Shown: positions 63,709 to 64,000 of the stretch, in pieces
Layout: each line of letters begins with the position of its first letter
How positions within the stretch are numbered: the first letter of the stretch is position 1
NCBI GenBank assembly: GCA_001949185.1
Contig: BDGG01000002.1
Span: 7,864,448 to 7,928,447, forward strand
From: Ramazzottius varieornatus
Taxonomy: Eukaryota > Animalia > Tardigrada
Reading direction: 5' to 3'
Length of the DNA: 64,000 nt
Program-made: the position numbers and the translations under genes
Notes under the pieces: model-generated
What the model saw: only the letters and a program-made list of their open reading frames with translations
What the model was told of the DNA's origin: nothing
Databases searched by the model: none

Positions 63709-64000
63709 CTGTAAGAACAGCTTTTGCAAACCTTGCGCTCGTAGCGTCCGTACTTGAGCGTTATCATTCGATCGAACGTGGCTTCTACAGTACATACACG
63801 CACGTTAGGAAATTATGCGACAGTAAAAATTATGGGACAGGCGGAAAAGACGACAAAATGGAAGTTCGATCGTAGAAAAGTGTCGAAATGTTCATTACAG
63901 TGATAATCTCCACTTCCTCGGTACGTCATACAAGTGAATTCTACAAGCTGATGCGAGCTAGTAGGTGGCTTGCGTCTGGCAAACGTACATGGACGTCATC

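Noticed and set aside
1-64000. tRNA, rRNA or horizontally transferred bacterial genes
   Set aside because: None recognised by eye; all identified genes belong to metazoan families and most carry spliceosomal introns. No covariance search was run.

Overview
Compact, intron-rich eukaryotic DNA (GT-AG introns, mostly ~55-100 nt) with an ecdysozoan gene set. Gene density, short introns and lineage-type low-complexity proteins suggest a tardigrade-like genome, but that is inference only. Genes in order: 5'-truncated knickkopf/Skeletor-like DM13-DOMON gene (+); acid ceramidase (-); torsin-interacting LAP1/LULL1-like gene (+); two tandem MFSD6-like transporters (-); RRM protein (-) with a degenerate partial duplicate; GT31 beta-1,3-glycosyltransferase (+); Spaetzle-like cystine-knot ligand (-); MS4A-like 4-TM protein (-); an orphan low-complexity protein (+); a Cys-rich membrane/secreted protein (-); EMC1 (-); a double-MADF protein (+); a CBM14-mucin (-); a Shaw/Kv3 channel (+); two small Cys/Gly-rich orphans (-); a GLUT-type transporter (+); and the 3' end of an SLC22 transporter (-). 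An apparently intact hAT transposon (perfect 17-bp TIRs, perfect 8-bp TSD, spliced 717-aa transposase) is nested inside an older hAT-type MITE, in a head-to-head intergenic region. The most unusual feature is a dispersed ~90-bp palindrome, AAGTGGCGCA-N27-TGCGCCACTT. I located 28 copies by eye: 22 lie in introns of identifiable genes, none in exons, and 22 keep exactly 27 nt between the core arms despite heavy sequence divergence. They often occur as ~71-bp-period dimers, some with the loop inverted. All exon coordinates were read manually.
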